Positions 20,901 through 21,078 of a stretch of DNA of 21,078 nt are shown here, piece by piece. Made by a program: the position numbers and the translations under genes. The notes beneath the pieces are model-generated. The model saw nothing but the letters and a program-made list of their open reading frames with translations. It searched no databases and was not told the DNA's origin. The stretch's first letter is position 1. Every line of letters starts with the position of its first letter. The stretch is from Octopus sinensis (lineage: Eukaryota): assembly GCF_006345805.1 (NCBI RefSeq), contig NW_021823742.1, positions 1 through 21,078 on the forward strand, read 5' to 3'.

Positions 20901-21078
20901 AGTACTATTAGACGTACGACTACTACTGGTGAGGTTAGCGCTCCATGTATGGCATTATCTATTATCATCCACTCTACCGCCAGATTACTAGTGTGATTGC
21001 TACTGTTATTAGTAGTATTACTGGTTATCATATACAGAGCAAATGTAGAAGAAATTATGATAAGCATAAATATATGTC

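Overview
This is eukaryotic, AT-rich, repeat-saturated non-coding DNA (intronic or intergenic). The SINE families and microsatellite density look like an Octopus-type cephalopod genome; that assignment is from pattern recognition, not a search. I can support no host protein-coding gene, rRNA, true tRNA or CRISPR array, and nearly all supplied ORFs are microsatellite artefacts. The window holds about 10 copies or fragments of a tRNA-derived SINE with an internal microsatellite (family A) and two further SINE families (B, C), some with clear target-site duplications (TSDs). It also holds two 5'-truncated LINE relics, Tc1/mariner, pogo-like and piggyBac-like MITEs, a non-autonomous Helitron, and many micro- and minisatellites. 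The most interesting signal is RNA-level: several minimal type I hammerhead-ribozyme (HHR) motifs sit in small non-coding elements next to (TA)n tracts. These include a ~359-bp tandem unit (3088-3718) with one HHR per unit, the layout of a non-LTR retrozyme or Penelope-like pseudo-LTR, and a second HHR family at 2005-2039 (-) and 10818-10855 (+).
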